A stretch of DNA of 45,072 nucleotides from Candidatus Bathyarchaeota archaeon (GCA_021161045.1 JAGHBJ010000063.1:1-45072), one strand, 5' to 3'; positions 31,527 through 42,346 are shown, numbered from the stretch's first letter. Notes: generated by a model not told the origin, from the sequence alone. Translations and numbers: made by a program.

Positions 31527-32129
31527 TTGGTTAAGGCCCTATACATCGACGGAGCGATCCTCATCCCAGACTTCAACGAGGCTAATAGCCTCCATCAGGA
31601 TGGCTATGGAAGCTTCAAGCATCGACAATTAAGTCTCACCCCCTGCGAGGCCCTATACCTCCTAGACAGAAACCGCATCGAGGTGTATGATGAGCGGGGA
31701 GTTAAACTGAGCTTTAAGGAGCTCCTGAGGAGGTTCTCATCCTGCGGTGGGCTGCTGGATCGCCTGGGAAGCCTCGTTAGAAACCTCCTAGGGAGGCCCT
31801 CAACATCTACATCCCTCTGGATAAGGTATCTCATCTACCGTGATCTGAGGATGAAGGGGTATGTTGTGCGGGAGGAGGCCCACTCGCTGCTGGTCTATGA
31901 GCGAGGCTCCTATCCTAGGGCGCCTCCCAGCTATGAGGTCTACCCCCTCCCAGAGGGGATGCCCCAGTCCATTAGGAGGCTTATGGAGGCCCTTGAGAGG
32001 GCTGAGGAGGGTGGGAGAACCCTGAAGATCGCAGTTGTGGATAGACGTGGAGAGGTTGTCTACTATACGCTGAGGGAGATGGATTTCAGTGGGGGCTTAG
32101 ATGATCCAAAAGACTCTCCAGGGGGATGA
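31527..32129 (+). CDS. endA: tRNA-splicing endonuclease subunit (EndA family), possibly the non-catalytic structural subunit
   Basis: LTPCEALYLLDRNRIEV, WIRYLIYRDLRMKGYVV and KIAVVDRRGEVVYYTL match the EndA fold. At the positions where catalytic subunits carry HS.Y.V and a Lys, this protein has PPSYEVYP and GGRTLKIAVVD. The start is TTG. Confidence 0.8.
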   Translation: MVKALYIDGAILIPDFNEANSLHQDGYGSFKHRQLSLTPCEALYLLDRNRIEVYDERGVKLSFKELLRRFSSCGGLLDRLGSLVRNLLGRPSTSTSLWIRYLIYRDLRMKGYVVREEAHSLLVYERGSYPRAPPSYEVYPLPEGMPQSIRRLMEALERAEEGGRTLKIAVVDRRGEVVYYTLREMDFSGGLDDPKDSPGG

Positions 32130-33375
32130 ACCTCTGCTCTCCGGTCTCCATATCCCTCACCGTGACTCCCCCCCGCTCCAGCTCCCTGGAGCCGACTATG
32201 ACGACTTTCCTAAAGCCCCTTCGATTGGCGTATTCAAGCTGCTTTGAGAGGCTTCTACCCATCAAGTCTAAGTCCGTTGATATGCCCGCCCTCCTAAGCC
32301 TCTGAGCGATCTCTATGGCCTTATCCCTCACGGAGTCGGAGGCTGAGGCGACGAAGACCTCCGTTCCAATCCTCAGATCATCTAGGACTCCAAGCTCCTG
32401 GAGGGTGGCGACGATCCTTTCGACTCCTAGGGAGATGCCCGTCGCCGGCGTTGGGTCGCCGCCGTAGAGCTGGATCAACTCATCGTATCGGCCTCCAGCG
32501 GCGATGCTGATGCTCACATCGCCGAGATATATCTCGAAGACGGGGCCGGTGTAGTAGTCTAATCCCCTTGCGAGGCTTAGGTCTAGAAGTAGATGGGGCT
32601 TGAAGCCGAATCTCCCAGAGTATTCGACGACGCCTCTTAGAGCCTCCAGGCCTTGAAGCCCCACCTCGGAATGCTTAAGGATCTCCTCCACCTCTCCAAG
32701 CCTCTCCTCCGGCTCTCCCTTGACGTCGATCAGCTTCATCAGCTTCCCTCTCTTCTCCTCGGATACCCCGAGCTTTGAAAGCTCCCTATCGACGCCGTCG
32801 ACGCCGATCTTGTTCAGCTTGTCTATAGCCCTGAAGATGTCTAGTGATAGACTCCTCGGCAGCTCTAGGAGTTCGATGAAGGCCTCTAGGATGCGTCTAT
32901 CGTTTATCCTCACCTTGAATCCCTCTAGGCCGAGGCGTTTCAAGGCGTCTACGGCGACTGATATGACCTCCGCGTCAGCTATGGGGTCGGCGACGCCGAC
33001 TATGTCGGCGTCTGCCTGCCAGAACTCCCTTAGCCGCTTCTCCGATGGGCGTTCATATCGCCAGACGGGGCCGATGGCGTAGCGTTTGAAGGGCTTTGGC
33101 AGCTCCCTATGGGAGGCGACGACCCTGCAGAGGGAGGCTGTCCACTCGAATCGGAGGCCCAGCTCCCTGTTGGATTTATCCTTGAAGTAGTAGATCTCCC
33201 TGATGATGTCCTCACCGCTCTTGAGCTTCAACATCTCCCAGCTCTCGAAGGCTGGTGTCCCGAGGGGTTCATAGCCATAGGCCTCGAAGACCTCCCTTAT
33301 GCGGTCTATGACCCAATTCCTCCTCCACATCTCCCATGGGAGATAGTCCCTAGTCCCCCTTGGAGGTCTGAACAT
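32086..33375 (-). CDS. hisS: Histidyl-tRNA synthetase
   Basis: MFRPPRGTRDYLP is at the N-terminus, with class II motifs and GGRYD. The start was chosen at ATG 33375. Confidence 0.95.
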   Translation of the reverse strand: MFRPPRGTRDYLPWEMWRRNWVIDRIREVFEAYGYEPLGTPAFESWEMLKLKSGEDIIREIYYFKDKSNRELGLRFEWTASLCRVVASHRELPKPFKRYAIGPVWRYERPSEKRLREFWQADADIVGVADPIADAEVISVAVDALKRLGLEGFKVRINDRRILEAFIELLELPRSLSLDIFRAIDKLNKIGVDGVDRELSKLGVSEEKRGKLMKLIDVKGEPEERLGEVEEILKHSEVGLQGLEALRGVVEYSGRFGFKPHLLLDLSLARGLDYYTGPVFEIYLGDVSISIAAGGRYDELIQLYGGDPTPATGISLGVERIVATLQELGVLDDLRIGTEVFVASASDSVRDKAIEIAQRLRRAGISTDLDLMGRSLSKQLEYANRRGFRKVVIVGSRELERGGVTVRDMETGEQRFIPLESLLDHLSPH

Positions 33376-33416
33376 ATCGTTCCTCGAAAAAACCTTGATC
33401 AAGCTATTTAAGAGCT

Positions 33417-34064
33417 TCAATCCTCAGCTAATAGGGTTTCAACCCTCTCAACGCCTCTACCTGGATTTCGACGTCTCAGCCTGACTCGGCCGATCTCCCT
33501 CGTATTCCTCACATGGGTTCCGGCGCAGTACATCTCTATTGGGCCGCATCTCCAGATCCTCCAGCCAGGCCTATCGGGGTCTAGGGTGATGACGATTGGA
33601 TGCCCCTCAGCTATGAAGCGGTTAGTCTGCTCCTCAACCCATTTCAGAGCCTCTGGGGGGAGTCTCCCATCATAGGCGTAGTCGGCCCGGTCTTTGCGCT
33701 CATCGACGTGGGATCCAAGCCTCTCCAGGGGGCCTAGGCGTTGGTATAGGAAGTACTCCATGATGTGAGATGCTGAGTGTAGCCTCATAATCCTGTATCT
33801 TCGACTCCAGTTGAGGATTCCCCTCACCTCATCGCCGACCTTGAAGGCCTCCGGCTCCTCCACCAGGTGGATGATATGCCCCTCTCTCTGGATGGTGTTG
33901 ATCACCCTCACGTCGTTGAGGGTTCCGATGTCTCCTGCCTGGCCTCCGCCTTCGGGGTAGAAGGCCGTCTGGTTGAGGATTACGCCATCCTCCTCAACTG
34001 CGATGACTACGGCCTCAAACTCCCTGAGATAGGGATCCTCGTAGTAAAGCCTCCTCGTATCCAC
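33417..34064 (-). CDS. alaX: Alanyl-tRNA editing protein AlaX (AlaX-M type)
   Basis: LYYEDPYLREFEAVV, FYPEGGGQAGD, the zinc motif HSASH and CAGTHV are present. Confidence 0.85.
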   Translation of the reverse strand: MDTRRLYYEDPYLREFEAVVIAVEEDGVILNQTAFYPEGGGQAGDIGTLNDVRVINTIQREGHIIHLVEEPEAFKVGDEVRGILNWSRRYRIMRLHSASHIMEYFLYQRLGPLERLGSHVDERKDRADYAYDGRLPPEALKWVEEQTNRFIAEGHPIVITLDPDRPGWRIWRCGPIEMYCAGTHVRNTREIGRVRLRRRNPGRGVERVETLLAED

Positions 34065-34106
34065 ATGAATTGGAATAGCAACGGTAGTTATAATATTCAG
34101 CTCTCC

Positions 34107-35516
34107 CTATCTCAAGGCCTCCCTGAGGAAGGGGTAGAGGTCCTCTATCTGCTCCTGGATGATGGCCTGATAGTATTGGTATAGGATGCTGACGCAGAGC
34201 AGCACACCCGTCCCAGTGCTGAAGACTCCTAGGAATTGGGCGACGGCGGATACTACGCCTATTATAAGGCCTCCTAGGATGCTGATCGTCGGTATATACC
34301 TCTCCAACAGCTTCTCAATAGGTCTGCGACTTCTCCTGAAGCCTGGTATCTGCATCCCCGATTTCAGCAGCTGATCCGCCACGCTCTTCGGATCCATTCC
34401 GCCCACCTCTATCCAGAGCTTTGAGAGGAGGACGCAGACGGTTACGACGATGACTGCGTAGATCAAGGCTCTCACCGGCTGCTGTATCACGGCGTCAAGT
34501 CTCCCTGGGAAGGTGATGTAGTAGACGAGGCCCCCTATTGGTGTGGGGCCTCGATCCGTGAGGTTGAACATCCCTATTATGTTGAGGAATGGATTGGAGT
34601 TGTCCATGTTCCACCTCTGCCATATCGTCTGCGATATTATCTGGATGTTGCTGAACAGCGTGTAGGCGAGGATGACTGGTATGTTGGAGACGTAGATGAG
34701 CTTCAGCGGCATACGGCCTCTGAAGCCCCTATACATGGAGTGGGAGATGGGGAGCTCAACTCGCATACCCTCCATGAAGATGAGGGCGAGGAAGAGGAGC
34801 ATCGTCGTCAGGAAGCCCACCATATCTGGGAAGCCGCCGGTTCTATGGAACCAGTTCCAGACTGGTTCATGTCGCAGAATGGCCTCGAAGAAGGCTGGTA
34901 TGGCTCCAAGCCTCTTCCCATCGCCGACGGGTAGCATGCTGAAGGAGTTCCACCATATGCGCTGGGAGATGCCCGCGACGATGAAGAGGCTTATCCCGCT
35001 GCCGATACCCCACTTCTGAACAAGCTCATCCAGCAGCATGATGATGAGGCCGGCAGCTATGAGCTGTAGCAGTATGAGGATGGAGGCCGTGAAGTTGAGT
35101 CTCCCATAGGCCCCGCTGATGATATACATGGAGGCCTGGAAGATGGTCATGATGATGGAGAGGGCCTTACTCGCCGTGGTGAAGAGGGCTCGGTCTTCGG
35201 GGTTGGAGAAGTCAACCTCTATGAGGCCTGAGCCTGCTAGGAGCTGGATGATGAGACCCGCGGTGACTATGGGGCCTATACCCAGCTCCATGAGGGTGCC
35301 ATACTTCGATGCGAAGACGACTCTCATGGTGAAGAGGGCTGGATTCTCAGCCCTGGGAGCTATGCCATAGAGGGGTATCTCGGACATGATGAGGTAGATG
35401 ATGAGGGCGACGCCAGTCCAGAGGAGCTTCGTATTGAAGGGAACCCTCCTCTCCGGCCGCTTCACCTCCGGCATGAATCTGGAGATGGGCTTGAAGGCCT
35501 GGAGGAATCTGCCCAT
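34107..35516 (-). CDS. secY: Preprotein translocase subunit SecY
   Basis: This 10-TM protein has the typical archaeal SecY N-terminus (FMPEVKRPERRVPFNTKLLWT). It sits after L15 at the end of the ribosomal operon. Confidence 0.95.
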   Translation of the reverse strand: MGRFLQAFKPISRFMPEVKRPERRVPFNTKLLWTGVALIIYLIMSEIPLYGIAPRAENPALFTMRVVFASKYGTLMELGIGPIVTAGLIIQLLAGSGLIEVDFSNPEDRALFTTASKALSIIMTIFQASMYIISGAYGRLNFTASILILLQLIAAGLIIMLLDELVQKWGIGSGISLFIVAGISQRIWWNSFSMLPVGDGKRLGAIPAFFEAILRHEPVWNWFHRTGGFPDMVGFLTTMLLFLALIFMEGMRVELPISHSMYRGFRGRMPLKLIYVSNIPVILAYTLFSNIQIISQTIWQRWNMDNSNPFLNIIGMFNLTDRGPTPIGGLVYYITFPGRLDAVIQQPVRALIYAVIVVTVCVLLSKLWIEVGGMDPKSVADQLLKSGMQIPGFRRSRRPIEKLLERYIPTISILGGLIIGVVSAVAQFLGVFSTGTGVLLCVSILYQYYQAIIQEQIEDLYPFLREALR

Positions 35517-35962
35517 CAGCCCTCACCCAGAACTTCTCCACCAGCCTCCTCGATCTTCAGCTTCGCCTCCTCACTGTAGGAGGGAACCCTAACCCTCAGC
35601 GGAATCGAGATCTCCCCCTCGCCGAGGAGCTTTCCATAGCCCAGGGCCTCTAGGTCTAGTTCGAGGGGTTCACCACTCTTCAGGGCTTCAGCCCCGTAGA
35701 GCTTGTAGGCGAGCTCCATCAGCTCGCCGACGTTTATGGTTGGCGGCCTAGGCCTCTTGGCTGAGGGTGGCTTGAAGCCGATCTTCCTAAATCTCTTCGG
35801 CTCATATTTGACGGTTCTAATCCAGAAGTGGTCTCGTCCCCCAGCCTTGCCTACGCCTCCCTTATCTCCGGATTTCCTATGCTGCCCTACTCTGCCGTAG
35901 CCCATGGTTCTGGAGCCTCGGAGTTTACGGGTCTTCCTCAGCTTGTGGGGCATCCCATTCAT
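35516..35962 (-). CDS. rpl15: 50S ribosomal protein uL15
   Basis: KLRKTRKLRGSRTMGYGRVGQHRKSG, plus operon position. Confidence 0.95.
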   Translation of the reverse strand: MNGMPHKLRKTRKLRGSRTMGYGRVGQHRKSGDKGGVGKAGGRDHFWIRTVKYEPKRFRKIGFKPPSAKRPRPPTINVGELMELAYKLYGAEALKSGEPLELDLEALGYGKLLGEGEISIPLRVRVPSYSEEAKLKIEEAGGEVLGEG

Positions 35963-35992
35963 CCCCCTATGATTGTTTTAAAAAGGGTTTTC

Positions 35993-36466
35993 TCAGCTCA
36001 TCCTCTTAGCCAGCTCGTTTATGGCCTCACCCCTATACCCCAGCTCTCCGCCGGCTTTATAGGGGCGTTTAATCGACCCTTTAAAGCCCCTGCTCGGTGG
36101 GTGAAGCCTGAAGAAGGGTTTGATCCCCTTCAACTTATGGAGCTCCACTCGGCAGTGGTATAGGTCTTCGGCCAGCTCGTCGAGGCTGCTGTATCCCAGG
36201 GCCTTTAGGGTTTCCTCGTCGATGCGTCCTCCGCCGATCTTCTCACCCCGCCTCTCCAACAGCATCTTGATGGTCTCAACCGTCGGCTCACCCCAGGTGA
36301 TCCAATCCTTGGCTGTCTGGAGCATCCCCTTATAGCTTGGCCTATCATCTATTAGGGTGGCCGTATTATTCCTCCTCAACCTCAGCATGTGGAGGGTGTC
36401 CCTAACCCTCTTAGGGACATTCACCCTCCCACGGATTCTTATCACCAATAAGCATCGGCGCTCCAT
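35993..36466 (-). CDS. rpl30: 50S ribosomal protein uL30
   Basis: LLVIRIRGRVNVPKRVRDTLHMLRLRRNNTA, plus operon position. Confidence 0.95.
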   Translation of the reverse strand: MERRCLLVIRIRGRVNVPKRVRDTLHMLRLRRNNTATLIDDRPSYKGMLQTAKDWITWGEPTVETIKMLLERRGEKIGGGRIDEETLKALGYSSLDELAEDLYHCRVELHKLKGIKPFFRLHPPSRGFKGSIKRPYKAGGELGYRGEAINELAKRMS

Positions 36467-36467
36467 C

Positions 36468-37088
36468 TCAGCTCGCCCAATCCCTCGGGGTCATCATTTT
36501 CCAAGTCATCTTAAGGGCGTTGAAGGTGGCGTAGGCGAAGGAGACGGCCGTCCGTGTGTCACCCCGGGTTTTAGACCAGCAGTCCTTCACCCCCGCCAAT
36601 CGTAGAACCGTCTTCGCCGTGTCGCCGATGACTAGGCCGAGGCCTTTAGGCCCTGGGATGAGGGTTACCTCGACGCTGCCGCATTTACCCCAGACCTTGA
36701 AGGGCAGTGAATGCGGCTCTCCGCAGCCGCACTCCCAGCTTCCACATCCCCTCCTGATGGGGTAGATGTTGAGCTTCGCATCCCTTATGGCCTTCTCGAT
36801 GGCCGTCCTAACCCTCTGAGCCTTCCCGAGGCCGACGCCTACGAGGCCGTCCATGTTCCCGACGGCGACTAGCGCTCTGAACCTCGATCTCTCTCCGGCG
36901 TCGGTCTGCTTCTGGACGAGGGTGATGTCTATCACCTCGTCGACGAGGTCTGGGAGCAGCGCATCGACTATCTCAACCTCCTTGATCCTATAGCCCATCT
37001 CGAAGATCTCGTAGATGGAGGTGATATTACCCTCCATCACCATCCTGCCCAGCTCCGTTCTAGGCCTCCACTCCTCCTCACCGCTCAC
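36468..37088 (-). CDS. rps5: 30S ribosomal protein uS5
   Basis: [29 protein letters not shown] and [14 protein letters not shown] are present. The start was chosen at GTG 37088, which overlaps the L18 3' end by 11 nt, rather than the track start at 37223. Confidence 0.9.
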   Translation of the reverse strand: MSGEEEWRPRTELGRMVMEGNITSIYEIFEMGYRIKEVEIVDALLPDLVDEVIDITLVQKQTDAGERSRFRALVAVGNMDGLVGVGLGKAQRVRTAIEKAIRDAKLNIYPIRRGCGSWECGCGEPHSLPFKVWGKCGSVEVTLIPGPKGLGLVIGDTAKTVLRLAGVKDCWSKTRGDTRTAVSFAYATFNALKMTWKMMTPRDWAS

Positions 37089-37677
37089 CGCCCATCTCCT
37101 CCAGGATTCTCTCCTTAATCTCCTTGAAGTGTTTGGGGAGCTCCTCGGGTCTGAGTCCCCTTCGGAGATAATCTGAGAATCTCCTCTCATACTCCTCGGG
37201 GTTTTCGAGGAGCATCTTCGCATATTCGGCTATCACGGCGCCCTCGATGCGCTCATCGGAGGGGAAGACCTCGGGGTCGCAGGGGATGTCCAACCCCGCA
37301 TCTCTCGCCCCCTTCACCGCCGCGAAGATCTTACAGCCCTTCGTAGCCCTCTTGAGGCCTATGTCCAATATGGCGCTTTTAATCCCCCTTTCAAGGGCCT
37401 TATAGCCGGCTATCATGCCGAGTAGATAGGCAGCCGGCGTGTTCTTTCGGCCTCCTAGCCATCCGAAGCGCTTCACCAGCTCGTGGGAGGTCGTCTGGGT
37501 GAGGACGTGGTCTCCCTCTATTCTGGCCTCGATGAGCTGTATGATGATGTTCCTATTCGTCGGCCTAACGACGAATCTCGGCCTATCTGATGTGGCGAGG
37601 ATTCTCCTAGCTCTGTAATTCGTCTTCCCCTCCCGTCTACGCCGATATGGCACCGTGTAACCTGGCCCCCTAGCCAA
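37078..37677 (-). CDS. rpl18: 50S ribosomal protein uL18
   Basis: [17 protein letters not shown], plus operon position. Confidence 0.95.
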   Translation of the reverse strand: MARGPGYTVPYRRRREGKTNYRARRILATSDRPRFVVRPTNRNIIIQLIEARIEGDHVLTQTTSHELVKRFGWLGGRKNTPAAYLLGMIAGYKALERGIKSAILDIGLKRATKGCKIFAAVKGARDAGLDIPCDPEVFPSDERIEGAVIAEYAKMLLENPEEYERRFSDYLRRGLRPEELPKHFKEIKERILEEMGGER

Positions 37678-38128
37678 GGATCCTCCTCCTCAGCTTATGT
37701 TCCTCTATATATCTCTCTAGGTCTGCACAGCTCCTGAACATTCCCCCCTTCGCCTTCCTATAAAGCATCCTATAGGTGCTGACGGTGATGATGCGTCTAT
37801 CACGGAGCAGTCTAAGCCGTTTCCTCAGCGCCCTTATCCGGTTTATCCATCGCCTCTTCCTTGATACCACGGCATATTTGCTCCCCTTACGGCTTCCAGG
37901 ACCTCTTCGACGACCCTTACGCCTCTTAGCCCTCAAAATCCTCGTCCTACCCCTGCTCTGACCCTTAAGGGGCTGAGCCCTTATGACGCCTCGATCGATG
38001 AGCCTCTTTATCTCCTCCCTGGTGATGGCTGTCTCCACCTCGTCGACCCGCTCGGGATCTATCCAGACCCTATTGACTCCGACGCCGAGTATGGAGGCGG
38101 CCAACCTCCTCTGGCTTCTAAGGCTCAA
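37670..38128 (-). CDS. rpl19e: 50S ribosomal protein eL19
   Basis: [23 protein letters not shown], plus operon position. Confidence 0.95.
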   Translation of the reverse strand: MSLRSQRRLAASILGVGVNRVWIDPERVDEVETAITREEIKRLIDRGVIRAQPLKGQSRGRTRILRAKRRKGRRRGPGSRKGSKYAVVSRKRRWINRIRALRKRLRLLRDRRIITVSTYRMLYRKAKGGMFRSCADLERYIEEHKLRRRILG

Positions 38129-38534
38129 TCTCCTCCACCTCCTCCTCGAATCCAGGGTTGAGAACCTTTATCCCCCTCTTCTCAGCCTCAGCGAGTATTA
38201 TGGCTCTCTTCCTTGCTCCAACGGTTCCCGCGATCCTGATGGCCTGCGTCTCTGGATCTATGGTTGCGAGGTCTCCGACGTTGTAGACTAGGACTTCCTC
38301 ATAGCCCGAGGGGTGTAGCCCCCTCACGGCTTTCGGCCCCCTGTATCCGACGCTGGGTGAGGGGGGCCAACCCTTCTTCTTCAACCTCATCTTGCTGTCT
38401 ATACCCCTAGGCCTCCTCCAGCTCTCCTTGATTCTGACGTATCTCCAGCTCTCCTGCCTCCTAAACCTCGGCCTCTTGGATGCTATCCGCCTCCTCAGCC
38501 TCAGAAGCCTCCTACGGAGCTCCAGGGTGTTCAT
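38118..38534 (-). CDS. rpl32e: 50S ribosomal protein eL32
   Basis: [30 protein letters not shown], plus operon position. Confidence 0.95.
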   Translation of the reverse strand: MNTLELRRRLLRLRRRIASKRPRFRRQESWRYVRIKESWRRPRGIDSKMRLKKKGWPPSPSVGYRGPKAVRGLHPSGYEEVLVYNVGDLATIDPETQAIRIAGTVGARKRAIILAEAEKRGIKVLNPGFEEEVEEIEP

Positions 38535-39082
38535 CCAATCTCCTCCTTCGCGTAGACATATATGCCATCGAGGAACTTTCTAAGGTCTTTCCGCCTGATC
38601 CTGGTCGCCTGCTCTATGTTGGCCGCCGTCTGCCCTACGGCTTCGATGTCTATGCCCTCAACGATTACATCTTCCCCTTGGACATAGACCTTGACGTCGC
38701 CGATGATCCTCGCCTCCCTGGGCTTACGCTCGCCGAGGAAGTTCTGGATGAGAACCTTATCTCCTGCGACTTGAATGTTGATGGGGAAGTGGACATATAC
38801 GATCTTGAGCTTATATCTGAAGCCCTTCGTCACGCCCTTAATCATGTTGTTGATGTGGCTGGCGATGGTCTTAACCAGCGCCCTCTCCTTCTTACGGGGG
38901 TTTAAGGCCCAGACCCTCACCTTGTCGCCGTCTAGGGTGATCTCAACCTTGGCGTGGGTGAAGTCCTTCTCTATGACTCCCCTCGGCCCTGAGACCCTCA
39001 CCCGTTTCCCGTCTAGGGATACCTCAACTCCATCGGGGATGTCGACATAGCTCTCGACGATGTTGAAGGCCATAGGCATCAC
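38531..39082 (-). CDS. rpl6: 50S ribosomal protein uL6
   Basis: It has a two-domain L6 pattern ([23 protein letters not shown]) and the expected operon position. Confidence 0.95.
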   Translation of the reverse strand: MMPMAFNIVESYVDIPDGVEVSLDGKRVRVSGPRGVIEKDFTHAKVEITLDGDKVRVWALNPRKKERALVKTIASHINNMIKGVTKGFRYKLKIVYVHFPINIQVAGDKVLIQNFLGERKPREARIIGDVKVYVQGEDVIVEGIDIEAVGQTAANIEQATRIRRKDLRKFLDGIYVYAKEEIG

Positions 39083-39083
39083 C

Positions 39084-39476
39084 CTAATAGACGTAGGCTA
39101 ATAGCCTCCCGCCTATGTGCCTCTTCTTCGCCTCCTCATGGGTCATGACGCCCTCTGGCGTTGTGAGGATTAGGATGCCGACATCCTTAGCTGGTAGATA
39201 GCGCTTCTCCCACTTCTCCATCTCCCTAACCTTCACCGCATGCCTCGGCTTTATGGCTCTGCAGTCGTTGATCCTGCCGAAGAGTTGAACCCTGAACTTA
39301 CCTGTTCTCCCATCGTCGATGAACTCTATCTCGCCTATGTAGCCCTTAGACTGCATGATCCTCAGCACTTTACCTATGAGCTTCGAGGCTGGGCAGATGA
39401 TGCACTCCTTCTTACGACGCTCCTCATGGTTTCTGATCGTCGTGAGGGCATTGGCGAGGGGGTCATTCATCGTCAT
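39084..39476 (-). CDS. rps8: 30S ribosomal protein uS8
   Basis: [14 protein letters not shown] at the N-terminus, plus operon position. Confidence 0.95.
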   Translation of the reverse strand: MTMNDPLANALTTIRNHEERRKKECIICPASKLIGKVLRIMQSKGYIGEIEFIDDGRTGKFRVQLFGRINDCRAIKPRHAVKVREMEKWEKRYLPAKDVGILILTTPEGVMTHEEAKKRHIGGRLLAYVY

Positions 39477-39486
39477 GTTCTCATCC

Positions 39487-39642
39487 TCACATATACTTCT
39501 TGAATCCCAGCTTCTCAGCTACCTCCCTGAAGCATCTGCGACATATATTGAGATTATATCTCCTAATCAATCCGTCGTGGGTTCCGCATCTTATGCATCT
39601 GCGGCTTCCCTTTCCAAACCTCCTCTTCTTCCCCTCCTCCAT
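39487..39642 (-). CDS. rps14: 30S ribosomal protein uS14 (zinc-binding type)
   Basis: This 51-aa ORF is absent from the ORF track. The minus strand translates to [51 protein letters not shown], with CxxC...CxxC. It lies exactly between uL5 and uS8. Confidence 0.9.
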   Translation of the reverse strand: MEEGKKRRFGKGSRRCIRCGTHDGLIRRYNLNICRRCFREVAEKLGFKKYM

Positions 39643-39643
39643 C

Positions 39644-40204
39644 TCAGAACACCTCAACTCCGAAGCGGCTCCTTATAAACTCAACCGCCTCCTCCCTCGA
39701 AACCCTATGCCTCCTCCCAATCTTCGATTTAGCCCTCCTCCTGCGGGCAACCCTATATCCTGGGCGCTCTATGTTGACGATGACATCCATCCCCACGATG
39801 CCCAGCTCGGGGTCGTACTTCACCCCCGGTATGTCGATGTGCTCCCTTATGCCGAAGGCGAAGTTTCCATGCTCATCGAAGCTCCTAAGCGGTATCCGGT
39901 TGCCCACGGCCTCCAGGGCCTTTCGGAGGAACTCCTCAGCCTTCTCACCCCTGAGGGTGACCATGCAGGCTATCGGCTCCTTACGTCTAATGCCGAAGGC
40001 CCTGATGGTCTTCTTAGCCCTCCTGATCGAAGGCTTCTGACCTGTTAGCTCCTCGAGGATCCTCACGGCCTTCTCCAGCGGCTCGCCGGATCGGCCTACG
40101 CAGATGTTTACGACGACCTTCCCTATCCTCGGCTCAAGCATCGGATTCCTCTCGGGTTTCTCCTCCACCTCCCCTGTTGTCTCCTCGGCTTGCTCCACCG
40201 ACAC
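39644..40204 (-). CDS. rpl5: 50S ribosomal protein uL5
   Basis: [18 protein letters not shown], plus operon position. Confidence 0.95.
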   Translation of the reverse strand: MSVEQAEETTGEVEEKPERNPMLEPRIGKVVVNICVGRSGEPLEKAVRILEELTGQKPSIRRAKKTIRAFGIRRKEPIACMVTLRGEKAEEFLRKALEAVGNRIPLRSFDEHGNFAFGIREHIDIPGVKYDPELGIVGMDVIVNIERPGYRVARRRRAKSKIGRRHRVSREEAVEFIRSRFGVEVF

Positions 40205-40205
40205 T

Positions 40206-40937
40206 TCAATCAGCCTCCGGCAGCGATATGAGGGGCTCTTCTCGCCCTATGGCGAAGACGTATTTCAGTAGGGTTCTCACCTCTCCCGTCTTCGTCTCTA
40301 TGGCCGCCGTCCTCCACTTCCCCGGCTCTGGGCCGATCTCCTTCAGTTTTCCAACGGCTCCCGCTGAGCGTCCTCCTACGACGAGGGCTATGACTCCAGG
40401 CTCGAATCTGACGTGGTCTAGTATCTCTTGATGGGGGATGGCCAGCTTCAATACGTCGTTCACCTTGTATTGGTCTCCGCTATCTGGGAGGTGGATGTTC
40501 CTCCCATCGTGGAGATTCAGCTGGGTTCTCCCCCCCTTCAGGGTGGTTTTACCGATGATTCTGCAGAGCTTGAATTCCCTCTCCTCTCCATCGATGGGGT
40601 GGAGTGTAAGCCTCCTCCCCTTAGCTGGGAGCATCCTATAGGCCTCGCCTGTGTCGGGTATCTCAACCACATCCATCAGGCCGACGGGGAAGCGTTCATC
40701 CTTCCTTGGTCTGCCGTCGACGAGGATCTTACCCTCCTTGATCAGCCTCTTAGCCTCCTTCCTCGTCTTAGCATAGCCGAGCATATCCCTGAGGATGACG
40801 AGGAGCGGTATGGAGGCCTCTATGGGGTGGGGGCCTGGACTAGGCCTAACGGCCCAGACATGCTCCTTCCGATGTATGGGCCAGAAGGGAGGCGTCTTCT
40901 CCCGCTTCATATGCCTCGTTGGACCCTTCCTACCCAT
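40206..40937 (-). CDS. rps4e: 30S ribosomal protein eS4
   Basis: GPTRHMKREKTPPFWPI at the N-terminus, plus operon position. Confidence 0.95.
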   Translation of the reverse strand: MGRKGPTRHMKREKTPPFWPIHRKEHVWAVRPSPGPHPIEASIPLLVILRDMLGYAKTRKEAKRLIKEGKILVDGRPRKDERFPVGLMDVVEIPDTGEAYRMLPAKGRRLTLHPIDGEEREFKLCRIIGKTTLKGGRTQLNLHDGRNIHLPDSGDQYKVNDVLKLAIPHQEILDHVRFEPGVIALVVGGRSAGAVGKLKEIGPEPGKWRTAAIETKTGEVRTLLKYVFAIGREEPLISLPEAD

Positions 40938-41323
40938 CAGCTCTCACCAACCTTCGCTGCGTAGCCCCTCCTCTCCAGAATCCTCTTCCTCCAGGGGTCG
41001 CTGAGGTCGAGCCTGGTGATCATCACATTCCAGGGTCTTATCGGTATGGGAACCGTTGAGCCGTCCATGCGTTCACGGGTGAGGCCCTCGATGTAGATGC
41101 GCATCCGTTTGGTGTCGACCCTCGTGACCTTACCCTCCTTCATCTTCCAGTCTCCCTTCAATACTACGACGGTATCCCCCTTCCTAACCGGCAGAGACCT
41201 AGTCCCATACTCGGCTCGGAGCTCCGGTGAGAGGGGGGCTGAGAGATATTTACGCCTCCTATGGAGTGGGGCGTTGAACCAGCGCTTCCGAACCGTGCTC
41301 GGCTTACGAGGTGTCGTCTTCAT
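40937..41323 (-). CDS. rpl24: 50S ribosomal protein uL24
   Basis: The KOW motif VRKGDTVVVLKGDWKMKEGKV, plus operon position. Confidence 0.95.
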   Translation of the reverse strand: MKTTPRKPSTVRKRWFNAPLHRRRKYLSAPLSPELRAEYGTRSLPVRKGDTVVVLKGDWKMKEGKVTRVDTKRMRIYIEGLTRERMDGSTVPIPIRPWNVMITRLDLSDPWRKRILERRGYAAKVGES

Positions 41324-41743
41324 CTAGACCACCATCTTAGCTATGCTCCCCAGCTTCGGCCACCGCTCCACCGCCTCCCTGGCGACGGGCCCCCTGATGT
41401 CTGATCCCTTTGGATCGCCCTCTGGGGTGACGATGACGGCGGCGTTGTCCTCAAACCTTATCCAGGTTCCATCACGCCTTGGGTAGGGCTTCCTCTGCCT
41501 TATCACCACAGCGTGTAGAACCTGCTTACGCATCTCAGGTGTCCCGTCTCGGACGGAGACGACGATCATGTCTCCGACTCCGGCCTTGGGGTAGCGTCTC
41601 TTACGCCCCTTATACCCTATCACCTGGATGAGCCTCAGCCTCTTAGCCCCCGTGTTATCTGCGCAGATTAGCATGGAGCCGCTGGTTAGGCCGGCTGAGA
41701 TGCGCCTCCTAGGCCTTATACGACGCTTAACCCTCTTCGACAT
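41324..41743 (-). CDS. rpl14: 50S ribosomal protein uL14
   Basis: [18 protein letters not shown] is present. The start was chosen at ATG 41743, just after the S17 stop. The track start is 41764. Confidence 0.93.
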   Translation of the reverse strand: MSKRVKRRIRPRRRISAGLTSGSMLICADNTGAKRLRLIQVIGYKGRKRRYPKAGVGDMIVVSVRDGTPEMRKQVLHAVVIRQRKPYPRRDGTWIRFEDNAAVIVTPEGDPKGSDIRGPVAREAVERWPKLGSIAKMVV

Positions 41744-41744
41744 C

Positions 41745-42068
41745 TCACTCCACCTTCTCCACAACCACGAAGGCCTTAGTCTTGCTCAGGGGCCTACACT
41801 CAGCTATCCTAACCCTATCACCCACCTTCGCATTTATGCAGGGTGGATTATGAGCTGGAATCCGGCTGTGCATCCTCGCATATCTCTCATACTTCGGATA
41901 ATATTTGAGATACTCCACCTTCACGATGACGGTTTTAGACATCTTATCGCTGACGACGACCCCCTCTAGGACTTTGCCCCTGATCTTCAGGTGGCCGTGG
42001 AAGGGGCATCTTGGGTCGTCGCACTCCCTTTCAGGGGGTTTGAATCTACCCATCAGGAGCTTCACCAT
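41745..42068 (-). CDS. rps17: 30S ribosomal protein uS17
   Basis: [34 protein letters not shown], plus operon position. Confidence 0.95.
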   Translation of the reverse strand: MVKLLMGRFKPPERECDDPRCPFHGHLKIRGKVLEGVVVSDKMSKTVIVKVEYLKYYPKYERYARMHSRIPAHNPPCINAKVGDRVRIAECRPLSKTKAFVVVEKVE

Positions 42069-42346
42069 CTCCTAATCCTCCTCTTCACCCTATCCTCGGG
42101 TCTGCCCACCAGCTTGGCGCCCTCAACCTCAACTAGGGTGCCGTCGGGGAGTCTGAACCTGAAGGTGGCATACTCCTTGGCGATGCGCCTCTCCTTAGCG
42201 CCGTCATCTATCAGCAGGGTGTTCCTCGTCTCGTCGACGACTCGGCCGGAGATGCCGATGTTATAGGGATTTGAGTCGTCGACCACCTCCACCTCCAATC
42301 CTATGAGTTCATGCCGTAGGATGTTTCTGGGGGTGATGGGCGTCAT
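42062..42346 (-). CDS. rnp1: RNase P protein component 1 (Rpp29/Pop4)
   Basis: [36 protein letters not shown] is the Rpp29 Sm-like fold signature. It occupies the canonical position between L29 and S17. Confidence 0.9.
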   Translation of the reverse strand: MTPITPRNILRHELIGLEVEVVDDSNPYNIGISGRVVDETRNTLLIDDGAKERRIAKEYATFRFRLPDGTLVEVEGAKLVGRPEDRVKRRIRRW

